Shown one piece after another: positions 43,731 through 44,122 of a DNA stretch of 44,122 nucleotides. Source of the DNA: Klebsiella phage K1-ULIP33; sequence record MK380014.1, one strand, 5' to 3'. A model generated the notes under the pieces. The model saw nothing but the letters and a program-made list of their open reading frames with translations. It was not told the DNA's origin and ran no database searches. The position numbers and the translations under genes are program-made. Numbering within the stretch: position 1 is the stretch's first letter; each line of letters opens with the position of its first letter.

Positions 43731-43746
43731 GTCCAACGTGTTAGAC
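43731..43746. repeat. palindromic element GTCCAACGTGTTAGAC (copy 10, one mismatch)
   Basis: 85 nt after the tailspike stop, in the right non-coding region before the DTR. Confidence 0.75.
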
Positions 43747-43959
43747 AAGAGGTGATTATGAAATGGAAGGTCATGTGATTGCATACCGTATACATGTGGC
43801 ATTGCAGTTACTCCTCAGCATCGAGCAGGATACCTGTTGGTATCACCCAGAAGGGCCGTTGGTAGGTAGGCTTAAAAAGGGCAGACCTAGGTATTCCATA
43901 GTGCATGCCGTAAGGTATACATCAAGTTTCAAAATTTGATATAGGTATGCGTCAGGTCT

Positions 43960-44122
43960 CTCGCCCGTCGCCCGTCCGGGGTTGTCCCCATAGGGTGCCT
44001 GTGTCATTTCTAGGGCCGGAGGGCGGGCCTAGGCCGTTTCTTAGTGAGGGCCAAAGGTTCGCCTAGGCCAGCCGGAATGAGGGCCGCAGGAGGCCGCTTG
44101 CGCGGTGTGAGGGCGTGGGCTA
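43960..44122. repeat. right direct terminal repeat (DTR)
   Basis: Identical to 1..163. It could be longer, since the window ends inside or at the repeat. Confidence 0.9.

Noticed and set aside
1-44122. Searched for tRNA genes, CRISPR arrays, integrase or attachment sites, and transposase genes
   Set aside because: No cloverleaf-compatible tRNA-like segments noticed, no repeat-spacer arrays, and no recombinase-like ORFs. The organisation is that of a strictly lytic T7-like phage.

Overview
The window reads as a complete, linear genome of a T7-supergroup podovirus of the SP6/K1-5 type (Autographiviridae, SP6-like). The evidence is as follows. A 163-bp direct terminal repeat is present at both ends (1..163 and 43960..44122). 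All convincing genes lie on the + strand in the canonical early, DNA-metabolism, structural, packaging/lysis order. Twelve copies or variants of the SP6 RNA polymerase promoter consensus ATTTAGGTGACACTATAGAAG are distributed through the genome. A single-subunit phage RNA polymerase gene is present (3860..6481). The left 3.8 kb carries host-type (TTGACA...TACATT) promoters and small early genes, including a clear T7 Ocr (gene 0.3) homolog. The middle encodes a gp1.1-like peptide, primase/helicase, family A DNA polymerase, two free-standing HNH endonucleases, 5'-3' exonuclease, an endonuclease VII-like resolvase, metallophosphoesterase, P-loop kinase, ATP-dependent ligase and a GNAT-like protein. 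The right half encodes portal, scaffold, capsid, tail tubular A and B, three internal virion proteins (one with a T4-lysozyme-like domain), a tail-fiber-like adaptor, holin, small and large terminase, an M15 endolysin, spanins, and a terminal beta-helix tailspike. The observations most worth a second look are listed here. (1) The large terminase gene is split by a roughly 755-bp group I intron-like element carrying a GIY-YIG homing endonuclease. (2) A near-perfect 99-bp in-frame tandem duplication in the DNA polymerase duplicates the Exo I motif. (3) A family of ten copies of a 16-bp palindrome GTCCAAC-NN-GTTGGAC, mostly just downstream of stop codons. (4) A duplicated promoter, stem-loop, leader and RBS module shared by an HNH endonuclease gene and the kinase gene. 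(5) TAGGTA-rich leaders and a candidate replication origin between the RNAP and primase genes. (6) A short-period repeat array next to the left terminal repeat. Minus-strand ORFs in the track are rejected as antisense artefacts. Nothing here could be checked against databases, so family assignments rest on motifs I recognise.
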